The notes: generated by a model not told the origin, from the sequence alone. A stretch of DNA of 64,000 bases from Nitrospinaceae bacterium (GCA_965223665.1 OZ245011.1:1568001-1632000), one strand, 5' to 3'; shown: positions 49,549 to 61,162, numbered from the stretch's first letter. Numbers and translations are program-made.

Positions 49549-52500
49549 TTAGTTATTGTTCACGTTGAAGCAAAGCGCTTCGGCGTTGAACGTGCTGGTG
49601 TCGCTGGAGTTTTTGTTCCAGGTGCAGGTGGCTTTGCCGATGCCGGATGGATCGGTCAAACTCACCTTGTTTTCCACCAACGCCACACCTGCGTTTGCAG
49701 GACCGGAACAATTAGCGGTCATAGGCACATCCAGCAAATCCTGACAAAAGCAATCGACACTGATGCTCGTTTGCCCCGACTGACCGGACGCGTTACAACT
49801 CTCCGTGTACACATTATTTTTGTTCAACCCAGGTGCAGGAGTATCTGCATCCACATAAATTATTTCTAACACGGGACGAAATCCTGAGGATTCACTGGAC
49901 TCCATGCGGATTCCATTATTTGTACCGCCGGATCTTATAATCAAACCGTTATTAGGAACAGAACCATCCACCCAACCTTGAACCACCGCCACGCCTTCCT
50001 CCGTTAATTTAATAGGAGCTACGTCAAAGGTAAAAGGTGGAATAAAACCCAATAGGGTCGGTCCTTGATTCATATCATCCCAGTTAACTGTATTTTCCGA
50101 CCACGGACTATCTTGTGAGTAAACTCTATAAAACCCTGAGCTAGCATCGGTATAATTAAAAGTTAGAAACACTTTATTAACCTTAGCTGTGGGAGGAATT
50201 GATGACACATCCCATTTAATGATAGCGGCCACTTCCCCATACTTTCCGGAAGCCGGATCAAACTGAACGCCATCGGCCTGGATAATTGTTTCGTTTCCAA
50301 AATTAGCGGAAGGGGAACGTTCGACCAATTAACTGTCCTCAGTTCCTCCATAACTTTCATCCGGAAACACCCCATTTTGAAAACCGGTTATAGTTGAAGG
50401 ATTTGCAACTTCGATCACATTGACAGTTCGCACTGCCTGATTCGCGGAAGCACCGTTTGAATTTGTAACATCGTAAGTAACCAGATGTGTTCCGGGAACA
50501 CTCGTATCAATGGGCAACCCGTTCGTAATAATATTTCCTGAAATATCACCGTCGGTATGATCCAAGGCGGTGGCTCCACTATCTACATAAGGGATTCCGA
50601 CTTCTACCTCAGCGGGGTTTTTCCCGTTGATCGTAATATAAGGCCGGTCAATGGGAAAAGAATGGAAATAAGTATGGACCGGTGCAGTTAGTCCGGATAT
50701 TAAAATTTCATCTGCAATATCATTGTCAAAATTTCCTGCTGATTGAGAGTCATTTAATATTCCTTCAATTATAAAATCAGTGTCAAGGTCATCCCATAAA
50801 ACTCCTGTCGGCAGATTACTGCGACCTAAAACAATAACTACGTCATCTTTTGTTCCTCTATATATTGCAGCATCGTCAAACCCGTCCCCATTAATATCAC
50901 CGGCCCGATTGGCTCTGATTCCAAAAATCCGTCCAGTACAAGGAGCAATTTCAATATTACCGGGAGAAGGTTGGCCATCTGCGTGACCCAAGTGAATTAT
51001 TGCTAAACCAGGATTTTCTTCGTCATCTCCCCTACAAGCTCCAACTTTTTTGGGACCGGTTGGGGACCCTTGAAGAACATCATCAAACCCGTCATTATTA
51101 AAATCACCTAGGAACTCAAAATCGTCTAAACTTTCCCCAAAAATCCCCACCTGATTCAATGTTTTGATAGAAACAGCTTGCAGATCTGAACCCACAATTA
51201 AACTTTCATAAATAATAAATTCATAGGTTTGAGCAATTCTATTGAAAGAAATTAAACCGAAATCATCTGTGGCATCTCCATTAAAATTACCGACAGGGCG
51301 TGGTTTAAGAATATCCACTGCGTCAGTACCTGTCCCGCGGAGAATTAAATCCGCATCGGATTCTGCATCCCAGATAGTCTGAGAAGTTAAGTTTCGTCCT
51401 CTAAATATATAAACCGACCCGGATCTATTTTCAGGATCACTTTCCGGTATAATTGCTTGGCGAGCATAAATCATTATGTCATCAGGACCCTCCCCATCAA
51501 AATTATTCAGGGAATAAACACTAGCACCAAATTGATCTCCTTCATTAGATCCAGAAATAATGATATCGGCTTGAGTGAGTGCATCCAGGTTTAATTGTGA
51601 GGACGGATTACGACCAAAGAATACAAATGTCCGACCAGATCCGGTTGCACTTCCGCTATCACCGGGATCTCCTATAATTAAATCGTGAATTCCGTCACCA
51701 TTAAAATCTCCCGCCGAAGATGTTCTAGGGTTCAATGAGGGATTAGGTAGTGTAATCACAACATCCGGGACCAATGGCGCAGGCAGGGGGAAGCTTTGAC
51801 CAAAATATAAGTTAACTTTATTGCCATCAAATACAGAAATATCTTCAAACCCATCTCCATTAAAATCTCCAATGAAGTCAACCCTTCCCTCTTCTATGAA
51901 ACCTTTCGCATCACTGCTGGCCACCATTGTCGGGTCAACCCATAGAGGGAACTGGAGTGCGGAATTAGGTTCCAGGTTTAACGCAAGTTGATTTTTTTCA
52001 AGAGTGTGGTTAATCCCGGTGCGGATCACTTGATGGTTTGCGTTGATGTATTCCGGTGGTGGGATTTTGAAGAGAGTTTTTTGAACGGTGCTGGCTTTGC
52101 GGGGGATGTCGGCGGACTTTGTGAACTCAATGCTTCCGTCGCTTTGCTCTTGCATCGTCGCGCCTTCGAATCGCCAACGAATCACCTGCCCGTCTTTTGG
52201 CAAAGAAGAAGCCTCCGGTAAATACACAAATTCGCGCAAGGATTTCGTGTCCGCATCGTATCTATATAATATATAACCTTCTCGACCTTTATAAACCAAA
52301 TACCGTCCTATTAACTCCGCTCGGTACTCTCCACCGGAGGCGAGATACTGTCGCACCTCTCCCAACTCAGTGTGAATTCGAATTGGCGTTTGTGAATCGA
52401 GCGTTTTCGGGAATACCATGCGCTCGGCAGATCCAATGGTTTTATTAAATTCAAAATGATTTTGGTTTTTAACAAAGGGAGATTGAGTACCTTCATTCCA

Positions 52501-52632
52501 TGAAGAATCAAATTCTAAAACCGTCTGCATATCCTTTGCAGAAGAGTGAGTGGATTGGCTGGAATAGGAATGGCCAATCCACCAAAAAGTAATTAATAAA
52601 AAGATGAACAAACTTTTCAGTGTTCTATCCAT
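49549..52632 (-). pseudogene. FG-GAP + DUF5011 + DNRLRE-like secreted protein interrupted by an in-frame TAA at 50329-50331
   Basis: ORFs 50329..52632 and 49549..50328 are contiguous and in frame; the paralog reads TEDSYLVQRSP where this copy reads TEDS*LVERSP. Confidence 0.8.
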
Positions 52633-52718
52633 GACACCCTCCGGAGTATTTTTGGATTGCTTATTTTTTATATAAAGGAATTTAAGAAATTAAATTTTTT
52701 AATTTATTCTTTAAATGA

Positions 52719-52756
52719 AGCTCTCCTCACACTGCCTCGACTGTATGAGGAGAGCT
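52719..52756 (-). terminator. Hairpin between the two FG-GAP paralogs
   Basis: 11-bp stem agctctcctca / tgaggagagct just after the stop codon. Confidence 0.55.
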
Positions 52757-52762
52757 ATTGTA

Positions 52763-55700
52763 CTAGTTGTTATTCACATTAAAGCAAATCGCTTCGGTAG
52801 TAAACGTGCTGGTGTTTCCGGAATCTTTGTTCCAGGCACAAGTGACTTTGCCGATACCTGAAGGATCGCTCAAACTCACTCCGCTTTCCATCAAAGACAC
52901 ACCACTCCCGGAACCGATACACTTGAATGACAATGGAACATCCACTAAATCCTGACAAAAACAGTCGACGCTGATGCTGGTTTGCCCCGATTGACCCTGA
53001 CTATTACAACTTTCGGTGTACAGGTTGTTTTTGTTCAAACCTGGAGCAGGAGCGTCATTTGAAAACACAATATCTATTTTCGGGCGGAAACCGGAGGATT
53101 CGCTGGAATCCATGCGAATTCCATTATTGGTCCCGCCGGAACGAATGATAAATCCATTGTTGGGAATGGTTCCATCCACCCACCCCTGCACCAAAGCCAC
53201 ACCGTTCTCATTCAACTCTACCGATCCAAGTTCGAAACTAAAAGGAGGAAGAGTGCTCAAAATTGTTGGTCCCTGATCCATATCATTCCAACTCACAGTA
53301 CTTTCAGACCAGGGTGAATTTTGCGAATAAAAATGGTAGACCCCTGAACTGGCGTCGGAGTAATTGAAGGTGATAAATACTCGACTCACCTGAGCCGTCG
53401 CAGGAGTAGAGGATATATCCCATTTAATAATGGCTGCCACTTCTCCGTATTTCCCAGAGGCAGGATCAAAGTCTACCCCATCGGCCTCCAGAGAAGTTTC
53501 GTTTCCAAAGTTAGCGGAAGGAGACCGCTGAACCAAATAACTATCCTCGGTTCCACCATAACTTCCGTCAGGAAGAGCCCCATCCTGAAATCCGGATAAA
53601 GTAGAAGGTGGATTCTTTTGAATAACATTGACGGTCCGGATCAGTTCCAATGCAGCATTGCCATCTGAATCAGTTGCATTATAGGTAATTTGATGTGTTC
53701 CCGGAAAACTCGTATCAATTGGCAACCCGGTTACAATAATTTGTCCGGTAATGTCTCCATCCTCAATATCAAACGCCGTCGCCCCTGCTTCCACATAGGG
53801 TATACCCACTTCGACATTGAGTGCAGAGCTACCTAACAGGGTGATGACAGGTCGACTAAAATTAAAGGAGAAAAAGAGACTTTGATTTGGAAGGATGGAA
53901 TTGGCAAGAAAGTCGTTGACATTATCATTATCAAAGTCCCCCGAAGGTTGCGGGGGCAAACTTTGGCCTCCTATAATGAATTGTGCATCCAGGTCATCCC
54001 ATAGAGGAGCTGTTGGCAAACTGGTTCGACCGGAAAAAATTGCGTAATCAGGAACATTTGGTCTATAGATAGCAACATCATCTATGCCATCGCCATCAAC
54101 ATCTCCAATTCCCCAAACAAATAAGCCAAATTCAGGTTCTACACAAGGGAGAATGTCAATGGATCCCGGAGACGGTTGACCATCGGCATGCCCCAGATGT
54201 ATCGCGACCGCTCCAGCATCAGCGCCGGTAAAACCGCGGCAAGGTCCCAGTTGGCCCTCTGCGTTTGCATCTCCAACAATAATATCTCCAAATCCATCGT
54301 TGTTGAAATCGCCTGCAGAGTCAAAGGAATAAATTATTCTGTTGGGTCCAACACCAGGAAAGGTGTCCAGAGTCACTGCCTGTAAATCCGGACCTACAAA
54401 CGTGCTTCCATAAACCACCACCTCTCCGTTATTTTCACCAAACTCTACTGTTCTAATTCCCAGATCTTTTTTACCATCGTTATTAAAATCTCCCACCGAT
54501 GCGACTTCAACAATGTTGATATCCTCAGGTCCCGTTCCACGAATGATCAGGTCGGCATCGGTTTCAGCATCCCAGGTAGCAGGGGATGTTATGTTTCCAC
54601 CCTGAAATACATAAGCGGTTCCTGTTCGGACTTCGGGATTACTTCCGGGAAGAATGGCGTTTTGAGCAAAGACAACAATATCATCATTACCCACACCATC
54701 GAAATTACCTAACGTATCCGCATAAAAGCCAAATACATCTCCCCCATTGGTACCATTAATGGTGAGGTCAGCATCTGAGATATCCAGATTCAATTGCGAT
54801 GCAGGGCTTTGCCCAAAAAAAACATAAACCGCTCCTGTGGATGTTCCATTTGTATCCGTAGCGGGACTGGCAATCATAAAATCCTCAAAAGCATCCCCAT
54901 TTAAGTTCCCAGCAGAAACTACTTTATTCACAAAGTTTTTTCCGTCTGAACGGCTGATAATAATATCCGGAACCAAAGTGGCTGGCAAAGGAAACGTTTG
55001 CCCGAAATATATTTTTATCTGGTTATTATCTCTGGTAAAAACATCGTCAAACCCGTCGTTGTTGTAATCCCCAATATATCCCGCTCCCTCTTCCACTAGT
55101 GATCCTTTCGCTTCTGATGTAGGAACAATCGTCGGGTCGACCCAGAGGGGGAAGTTGAGTGAGGAGTTTGAACCCAGGTTCAGTGCAAGTTGATTTTTTG
55201 CAACAGTGTGATGAATACCAGTGCGGATGACTTGATGGTTGGCGTCGATGTATTCCGGCGGTGGAATTTTGAATAGAGTTTTTTGAACGGTGTTACTTTT
55301 GCGAGGGATGTCGGCGGTCTTTGTAAAGGTAATGCTGCCATCGTTTTGCTCTTGCATGGTCGCGCCTTCGAATCGCCAACGAATCACCTGTCCGTCTTTC
55401 GGCAATGAAGAGGCTTTTGGCAAATACACAAATTCGCGTAAGGCTTTTTTGTCTGCATCGTATCGATATAATATAGAACCTTCCCGACCTTTATAGACCA
55501 GATACCGTCCCAGCAATTTCGCCCGGTACTCTCCATCTCCACCGGATGCGAGATACTGTCGTACCTCTCCCAATTCCGTGTGAATACGAATTGGTGTTTG
55601 CGGATTTAATATTTTGGGAAACTCAATGTGCAAGACGGACCCAATGGCTTTTCTAAATTCGATTTGGTTTGATTTTTCCTCAAAAGGAACCTGTTCAGTC

Positions 55701-55840
55701 GATAACCAGGTGGGATCAAACTCTAAGATCGAATCAAAATTCCCCATTTGGGGTAATTTTTGCGGGATAGCTTGCGCTCTCCAAGTCCAAATCAGTAAAA
55801 ATAACGTCACTATAGACAGCATTCCGAGTTTCTTTAGCAT
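52763..55840 (-). CDS. Secreted FG-GAP (integrin alpha-like) repeat protein with DUF5011 Ig-like, DNRLRE/CBM96-like and Cys-rich C-terminal domains
   Basis: GDFNNDG repeats; PVITLLG..YVEAGATAFDIEDGDIT..VN; YGGTEDSY..IIKWDIS..WSESTVSW..LVQGWVDG..NNGF; ATG 55840. Confidence 0.85.
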   Translation of the reverse strand: MLKKLGMLSIVTLFLLIWTWRAQAIPQKLPQMGNFDSILEFDPTWLSTEQVPFEEKSNQIEFRKAIGSVLHIEFPKILNPQTPIRIHTELGEVRQYLASGGDGEYRAKLLGRYLVYKGREGSILYRYDADKKALREFVYLPKASSLPKDGQVIRWRFEGATMQEQNDGSITFTKTADIPRKSNTVQKTLFKIPPPEYIDANHQVIRTGIHHTVAKNQLALNLGSNSSLNFPLWVDPTIVPTSEAKGSLVEEGAGYIGDYNNDGFDDVFTRDNNQIKIYFGQTFPLPATLVPDIIISRSDGKNFVNKVVSAGNLNGDAFEDFMIASPATDTNGTSTGAVYVFFGQSPASQLNLDISDADLTINGTNGGDVFGFYADTLGNFDGVGNDDIVVFAQNAILPGSNPEVRTGTAYVFQGGNITSPATWDAETDADLIIRGTGPEDINIVEVASVGDFNNDGKKDLGIRTVEFGENNGEVVVYGSTFVGPDLQAVTLDTFPGVGPNRIIYSFDSAGDFNNDGFGDIIVGDANAEGQLGPCRGFTGADAGAVAIHLGHADGQPSPGSIDILPCVEPEFGLFVWGIGDVDGDGIDDVAIYRPNVPDYAIFSGRTSLPTAPLWDDLDAQFIIGGQSLPPQPSGDFDNDNVNDFLANSILPNQSLFFSFNFSRPVITLLGSSALNVEVGIPYVEAGATAFDIEDGDITGQIIVTGLPIDTSFPGTHQITYNATDSDGNAALELIRTVNVIQKNPPSTLSGFQDGALPDGSYGGTEDSYLVQRSPSANFGNETSLEADGVDFDPASGKYGEVAAIIKWDISSTPATAQVSRVFITFNYSDASSGVYHFYSQNSPWSESTVSWNDMDQGPTILSTLPPFSFELGSVELNENGVALVQGWVDGTIPNNGFIIRSGGTNNGIRMDSSESSGFRPKIDIVFSNDAPAPGLNKNNLYTESCNSQGQSGQTSISVDCFCQDLVDVPLSFKCIGSGSGVSLMESGVSLSDPSGIGKVTCAWNKDSGNTSTFTTEAICFNVNNN

Positions 55841-56390
55841 GACATTTCCCCCTATTTTGGCCAGTGGATAGCTAATCAATTCTTGGATTTGTTAATTTCG
55901 GAAAATATTTAGACATCCAAACTATTTATTTACTTTTTCGAATACTACCCCTTTAAGGCTATCCTGTCAACCTATTATGGCAAAAAACAGTCAGTTTCCT
56001 GCACCCTTCAGTCCTATGTTATTTCAGGTTTCTATTCATGCGGTTCCCCTGATCAAAACCTTTCTTTATTATATAGAGCTCTATCGAACCTGAAATCTTC
56101 CCCAATAAATTAGAACCACCCGGATTGCCTGATCTCCAGAAGTTTGTCCCCGCAGGATTCTCCACAAAGACACAAAACCCAATCAATGCCGGAAAGCTGA
56201 GCTTCCGCACCTCTCTCCTAGGCCTTTAATCAAATTCAACTCTCACCACAAAATCATCCCATGCAATCCATTATAGATTCGCTTCTTAACCTTTCACTTG
56301 TTTCTCATTAGACTTTGCTTGATACTGAAATAGAAAGAGTAGTTTTGAGCCATGATTTTTTTCTGCAAATCGGAGAAACATGACCTAGGC

Positions 56391-56807
56391 ATGAAATCAT
56401 ACGCTTTAAATATTTTTGGTGTTTTACTAGTACTCAATTTATTGAGTTGTGGATCTCCCCTAAAAGAAGAACTGGCGCGAATCACATCTCCGGATGGACT
56501 TGTGGATGCGGTTCTATTACGTGTAAATTATCATGCGACCGTCACCTATAGTTATTTTGTTTACATCGTAGAAAAAGGCAAAAGCGTAAAAGAGGGCGAT
56601 CATTTATTTTTAGGAACCCACATGGAGAATCTAAAAATTTCCTGGATAGAAACCAAATTACTGGAAATTCAATATAAAGAGATTACCATACACCACTTTG
56701 AAAATATGTGGCATTCCAAAAACCTTGACAATTATCATTACGTGGTTGAATTAAAACTCTCACCCCAGGGAGGACCTTATTCATTAAGCAAACGAAACCG
56801 AGAATAA
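56391..56807 (+). CDS. Hypothetical lipoprotein (DUF5412-like)
   Basis: Lipobox LLSC; SPDG..A...ATV..Y..ISW pattern. Confidence 0.65.
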   Translation: MKSYALNIFGVLLVLNLLSCGSPLKEELARITSPDGLVDAVLLRVNYHATVTYSYFVYIVEKGKSVKEGDHLFLGTHMENLKISWIETKLLEIQYKEITIHHFENMWHSKNLDNYHYVVELKLSPQGGPYSLSKRNRE

Positions 56808-56849
56808 TTTTTAATCTGAAACAAATAAATTTTTGATTAAATTTATCCC

Positions 56850-57221
56850 ATGAAAACTTATCCTATTCAGAGACGTGATGGCACTCCCGGGGCATTTGAA
56901 ATCGAAAATTTTTATATCGGCCTGGGAAGAATAGAGAAATTATTATCATCACTAGAAGGAATTTCGAATATAAGACGGCGAAAGCTATTTGAGCTTTCAG
57001 ATTTTCTACTTGAATTTGATTATGAAGGTTGTCGTTATAAAGTGTCGGAACCTTTTGGAGACAGTAACCGCTACTGGATCGGCCCGAAAAATGGTTTGGA
57101 AACTCAAACCAGCGCAAGCATCGAAACGATTGAGGTCTTATTCAAAAATTATCAACCCAATATACTGCTAAGGATGTTGGGTCATATATTTACTTTGGAT
57201 TTTATTTTTAGAAAGAAATGA
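56850..57221 (+). CDS. Hypothetical protein
   Basis: 123 aa; FEIEN..EPFGDSNRYWIGP. Confidence 0.7.
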   Translation: MKTYPIQRRDGTPGAFEIENFYIGLGRIEKLLSSLEGISNIRRRKLFELSDFLLEFDYEGCRYKVSEPFGDSNRYWIGPKNGLETQTSASIETIEVLFKNYQPNILLRMLGHIFTLDFIFRKK

Positions 57222-57254
57222 TTAGGAATCCCTAAACCAATTTTCAAAAACAAA

Positions 57255-57722
57255 ATGAATTTCAAATCAGTATTTACATTATGGTTATGTATGGCGACGG
57301 TTGCTTTGGCGGAAGAACCAAAGAATTTAAATAAACTCTGCAATAAAATTGCTCAGGTGAAAACCATACCTTTCCAAAAGAGCATCCCGGTTGAAGACCT
57401 CATTTATAACGAGTTTATACAACTCAGGGAAAAGGCGATTCCCTGTCTGATAGACAATTTAACAAACCTACAAATAATGCCGGACCCGAGGCAGGCTCCC
57501 AAAGAACCGGTGGTTGTTGGGGATGTCGCTTTATTTTTACTGAACGACATCACAGGACGATTTGAAGAAAGTTTTCCACCGGAGGTGCAAAAGAAATTCA
57601 AGACCGATGGAATATATGCTTATTTTGAATTTATTGACAACCACCCGGAAAACCGAAAGAAGCTACAGAAGAATTGGAGAAAGTGGCATAAAGCTAATAA
57701 AAATATTCACCCATTAAAATAA
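57255..57722 (+). CDS. Hypothetical exported protein
   Basis: Signal peptide ending ALA; AIPCLIDNL..VGDVALFLL. Confidence 0.7.
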   Translation: MNFKSVFTLWLCMATVALAEEPKNLNKLCNKIAQVKTIPFQKSIPVEDLIYNEFIQLREKAIPCLIDNLTNLQIMPDPRQAPKEPVVVGDVALFLLNDITGRFEESFPPEVQKKFKTDGIYAYFEFIDNHPENRKKLQKNWRKWHKANKNIHPLK

Positions 57723-58081
57723 ATAGTAAAAGTCGAAATTAAAATTACCTTCGAATCAAAAAAAATGGTTACCGCATCCGGAAAAAAAATAAGAATCATT
57801 AAATTCACCAAGATTCCAATCGAATTAGAAATCAGCCCTAATTTCCTTCTTTCACCCATATTTCTATAGGCCGCAACAAAACCAAAAAAATAAAAGGGAA
57901 TTGCGGAAAAAATAAAAAAAAGAAATCCCCACGCCCAAAGAAGCGCATCTCCAAAATCATCCATTAGACTGGCTAAAATCAAAAAACACAAACCAACAAA
58001 ACTAATCCCTAAACCATATATAAATCCTTTAAAAGAAATTGGAATTTCTGATTCAAAAGTTTTTTCTAATTTTTTGTTCAT
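57707..58081 (-). CDS. Hypothetical membrane protein
   Basis: 3-4 hydrophobic helices; the only minus-strand ORF called in the array. Confidence 0.5.
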   Translation of the reverse strand: MNKKLEKTFESEIPISFKGFIYGLGISFVGLCFLILASLMDDFGDALLWAWGFLFFIFSAIPFYFFGFVAAYRNMGERRKLGLISNSIGILVNLMILIFFPDAVTIFFDSKVILISTFTIYFNG

Positions 58082-58180
58082 CTATTCATTATCACATACT
58101 CAAAACGGTTTTGTTCTGGATTTACCCTAATTTTTAAACTAACCTATAATTGGTTGTTTTTAGAATAATTTGGGATTCCA

Positions 58181-58438
58181 ATGCGGTCGATTACCAGACT
58201 TCTCGCAACGTTTTTTCTTATTTTTGGAACTCTATATCCTAATCAGAGCGACCATGAATTTAGGCGTGATTTAATTTTTGCCATGGAATGCGAAATTTTG
58301 GCAGTTGTTATCTATTCGATGATTTTCAAATACTGTCTTAAGTCAACATAACCTTTGGTTGTTATTGGAATTATTTTAGCGGCGGTTAATTTTGGGAATT
58401 TTTTTCATTATTATATTTCTACTCCTGTAGCAGACTAA
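58181..58438 (+). pseudogene. Small membrane-protein ORF with internal TAA (58349-58351)
   Basis: Hand translation MRSITRLLATFFLIFG...LKST*PLVVIGIILAAVNFG...AD*; fills the gap before 58447. Confidence 0.35.
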
Positions 58439-58446
58439 GCCATGTC

Positions 58447-59022
58447 ATGACAAAAGATATCTGGAAACGTTATTGTCGAAGCATTTCTAATGCAATGCTT
58501 ACCCAGGAGGAAAAGATATTGGACCAGGCAGTGCATGCATTGGAAGAATATCTTATAGAAGATTATAGTATGTGTCCGGAAAATGTTTTTCAGGAAATCA
58601 TATCCATTTTAAAAGAAAATAATAGTTGTAAAAATCCCCATTGGTGCATTTTACTAAACTTGTTTGCTTATGACCTTGAATATTTAAACTCAACCCAACA
58701 ACTTACTTTAGCCAGTGCTCTAAAAGAAATTTACCCAAGACTCGAAGAGCCTGCAAATTGCATCGTTTGCAGCGAAACCTTAACTGAAATTTTGTCTGAG
58801 GACGAGGCCCTGGAAACAATCCTCAATTGGATACCCGTAAGTGGACTAATTGCCAAAGCTTTAATTCCCAATGCATTATATTTTTTATTTAAAAAATGCA
58901 AAACCAACAATATTAGAGCGACAATATTGTATCAAATAAATTTACTAGCAAATGACTCGTTACAAGAAGTTCGAGAAGAAGCCCATTACGTTCAAGGGCT
59001 CATAAATCATAAATATTCTTAA
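58447..59022 (+). CDS. Hypothetical helical (HEAT-like) protein
   Basis: LANDSLQEVREEA motif; 191 aa. Confidence 0.65.
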   Translation: MTKDIWKRYCRSISNAMLTQEEKILDQAVHALEEYLIEDYSMCPENVFQEIISILKENNSCKNPHWCILLNLFAYDLEYLNSTQQLTLASALKEIYPRLEEPANCIVCSETLTEILSEDEALETILNWIPVSGLIAKALIPNALYFLFKKCKTNNIRATILYQINLLANDSLQEVREEAHYVQGLINHKYS

Positions 59023-59039
59023 ATACTTCCAGGAATCCA

Positions 59040-59519
59040 ATGTTCAAATATTTTTCAAAAATTATTTTCACAGCATTCATCTTAATATCATTAAACAATT
59101 TTTCGGAAGCCACTCCCAATTCCAAGGAGATTTTAGAACGAAGCATAGGGGAACTCATCCTTGTTCACAATCAATTGCTGAGTTACGAAGAAGGCCCTAT
59201 GGCGTTTTCTATTGACTATATTTATGCGGAATTTCATGACATCTATCAGACAGAAATAAAACAATTGCCATTAGAAAATAGAATCAACTTCTTTTGGTTT
59301 GCGATGTGGCATTTGGATTTTGATGGACACGTTATGATGGAATTTCAAAAACTGGTTTATATGGATTGTGGTAAAGAATTCATAAAAAAACTGGAAGGTT
59401 ATATTAAAACTGAAACCAAACTCAACCATTTTAAAGGCCGTCTCTACTTTACAAAAAAAGTACTAACCGGAATGAACTTAATAAAAGAACTAAAAGAAAA
59501 GGGCTACCCAATCCATTAA
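59040..59519 (+). CDS. Hypothetical exported protein
   Basis: agga RBS, signal peptide ending SEA. Confidence 0.65.
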   Translation: MFKYFSKIIFTAFILISLNNFSEATPNSKEILERSIGELILVHNQLLSYEEGPMAFSIDYIYAEFHDIYQTEIKQLPLENRINFFWFAMWHLDFDGHVMMEFQKLVYMDCGKEFIKKLEGYIKTETKLNHFKGRLYFTKKVLTGMNLIKELKEKGYPIH

Positions 59520-59548
59520 GTCTTTAAATTCTTTAGATAAGCAACCAG

Positions 59549-60124
59549 ATGCCGCAAACTCATCCAATTCATAAATTGATTTTTTATACTTTAGGGATCC
59601 TTGCCTTAATTCCTTCCCTGTACTGCATTTGTGAAATAATTTATCCGGTTTGGAGCAAAGTTGGATTCAAGTGGAAAGTTTTTATAAAAGATATTCCCCT
59701 TATATTCTGGTTCATTTTAAGTTTTGTTTTTGTCTTTTATGCATGCTTCAACTTCTATCTAGCGCAAAATTTTGGGAAATTAGTTGCTTCTAAAATGGAA
59801 AGTCCCCTCATGCAAAGCTTTGTTTACGCATCAAAACTTTGGAAATTTTTCTGGTGGATCAGTATATGGATACTTCCATTTTTAGTCCTTTGCAGCCTTT
59901 TCATTTTTCTGGTTTTTGGATTGGATTTTTTAGGATTGAAATATTTAAGTGAGCCCCCCCAGGATCCGCTCAATTCTCTGCATACCGGGCTAATAATTTT
60001 CATTTTTATACTGTCGATAAGTGCAGGTTTCATTCTTTACGTTAAAGCATGCATAGAAATTACTAGAAAAATTTCTAATCACCCTTTCATTAAAAAGTTT
60101 GACCTTAAAAAGCGGAAACAATGA
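59549..60124 (+). CDS. Hypothetical four-TM membrane protein
   Basis: Four hydrophobic helices; ATGA-coupled to the next gene. Confidence 0.65.
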   Translation: MPQTHPIHKLIFYTLGILALIPSLYCICEIIYPVWSKVGFKWKVFIKDIPLIFWFILSFVFVFYACFNFYLAQNFGKLVASKMESPLMQSFVYASKLWKFFWWISIWILPFLVLCSLFIFLVFGLDFLGLKYLSEPPQDPLNSLHTGLIIFIFILSISAGFILYVKACIEITRKISNHPFIKKFDLKKRKQ

Positions 60125-60564
60125 TCAGACCTGTCGACAATCGAGCGAAATGGTTACTTCATGAATTAGAGAGCTACGAACCAAACATTCCTGATTCTTT
60201 TTTCAACGAATATGGATTAACCATTCCTGAAAATGATAAGGCTCTCGGCGTTTATACAAATTTCTTTGGCATTTTCAAGGATATCGTCGTGGTAACGAAT
60301 TTAGGATTATATGTCGGAACCGAGGGACAATGGAATTATGTTACCTATGAATCCATGGAACATGTGCGCTTTCCCAATATGAGAAAGGAAAACTTTATTT
60401 ATCTAAGAATCATTTTAAAAAATGGCGATGAATTCATTCTTCCCACTATAAACCGCACACCGGGTCATGCGGATTTGAGCTACTTAGATATTTATGCATT
60501 CGAAAAGTTTCTTAGTGGAATCATTATGGGTTTGGAAATTGATCGTAAGAGAAAGAATGATTAA
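60121..60564 (+). CDS. Hypothetical protein
   Basis: 147 aa; overlaps both neighbours. Confidence 0.65.
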   Translation: MIRPVDNRAKWLLHELESYEPNIPDSFFNEYGLTIPENDKALGVYTNFFGIFKDIVVVTNLGLYVGTEGQWNYVTYESMEHVRFPNMRKENFIYLRIILKNGDEFILPTINRTPGHADLSYLDIYAFEKFLSGIIMGLEIDRKRKND

Positions 60565-61162
60565 ATTTAATTGTCCTCATTGCAAGGACGGGAGGATTAC
60601 CCCGTGGCAAAAAATGTTTCATAAGTTTCGAGGTCCTCAACATTGCGGCAACTGTAATGCCAAAGTGATTCTGGATCCATCATTAGATGGATTATTTTTG
60701 TGGCTGGCCCTGGTGCTCATTGTCGTTGGAATGTTTTGGATATTTTCTTTTCTTCCGGAAATTCCTAATTTCGGTTGGCTATCTTTTATAGCGTTGCTTT
60801 TATTTTTCTTTCTGGGTGTGGCCGCATTGATAATTGAAGGATTTATCGTCCCTCTCAAAAACCCCAAACCACAATATCAATGCGCCAATTGTGGTGAGCA
60901 GAGTATCACCCTGGAGGATAAAAATGGATCGTCTCGGTGGATTAAAGAAAGGTTTTGTGAAGTATGCGGAGAAAAGATTGTTTTAGATTTATTAGGGAAT
61001 TGGCTTTATTTTTTTGTGGCTACAATGGGTGGTGTTTTAATTGTAATTGAATTGCTTATTCGCCGTTTTTATGTTTCCGCACTTATTGTTTACTTAATAA
61101 TGACACCTCTAACTTTGTATTTCCGAGGAATAGTCGTTCCCCAAGTGAGCACCAAAAAATAA
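60557..61162 (+). CDS. Membrane protein with two (CxxC..CxxC + TM hairpin) modules
   Basis: CPHC/CGNC + 2 TM, then CANC/CEVC + 2 TM; ATG 60557. Confidence 0.65.
   Translation: MIKFNCPHCKDGRITPWQKMFHKFRGPQHCGNCNAKVILDPSLDGLFLWLALVLIVVGMFWIFSFLPEIPNFGWLSFIALLLFFFLGVAALIIEGFIVPLKNPKPQYQCANCGEQSITLEDKNGSSRWIKERFCEVCGEKIVLDLLGNWLYFFVATMGGVLIVIELLIRRFYVSALIVYLIMTPLTLYFRGIVVPQVSTKK

Noticed and set aside
50329-50331. Selenocysteine or pyrrolysine recoding of the in-frame stop
   Set aside because: The codon is TAA, not TGA or TAG, and aligns with Tyr in the paralog
55880-56350. Riboswitch or real CDS (56019..56210) upstream of the FG-GAP gene
   Set aside because: Only a weak hairpin near 56190-56208; no recognisable riboswitch consensus or protein motif
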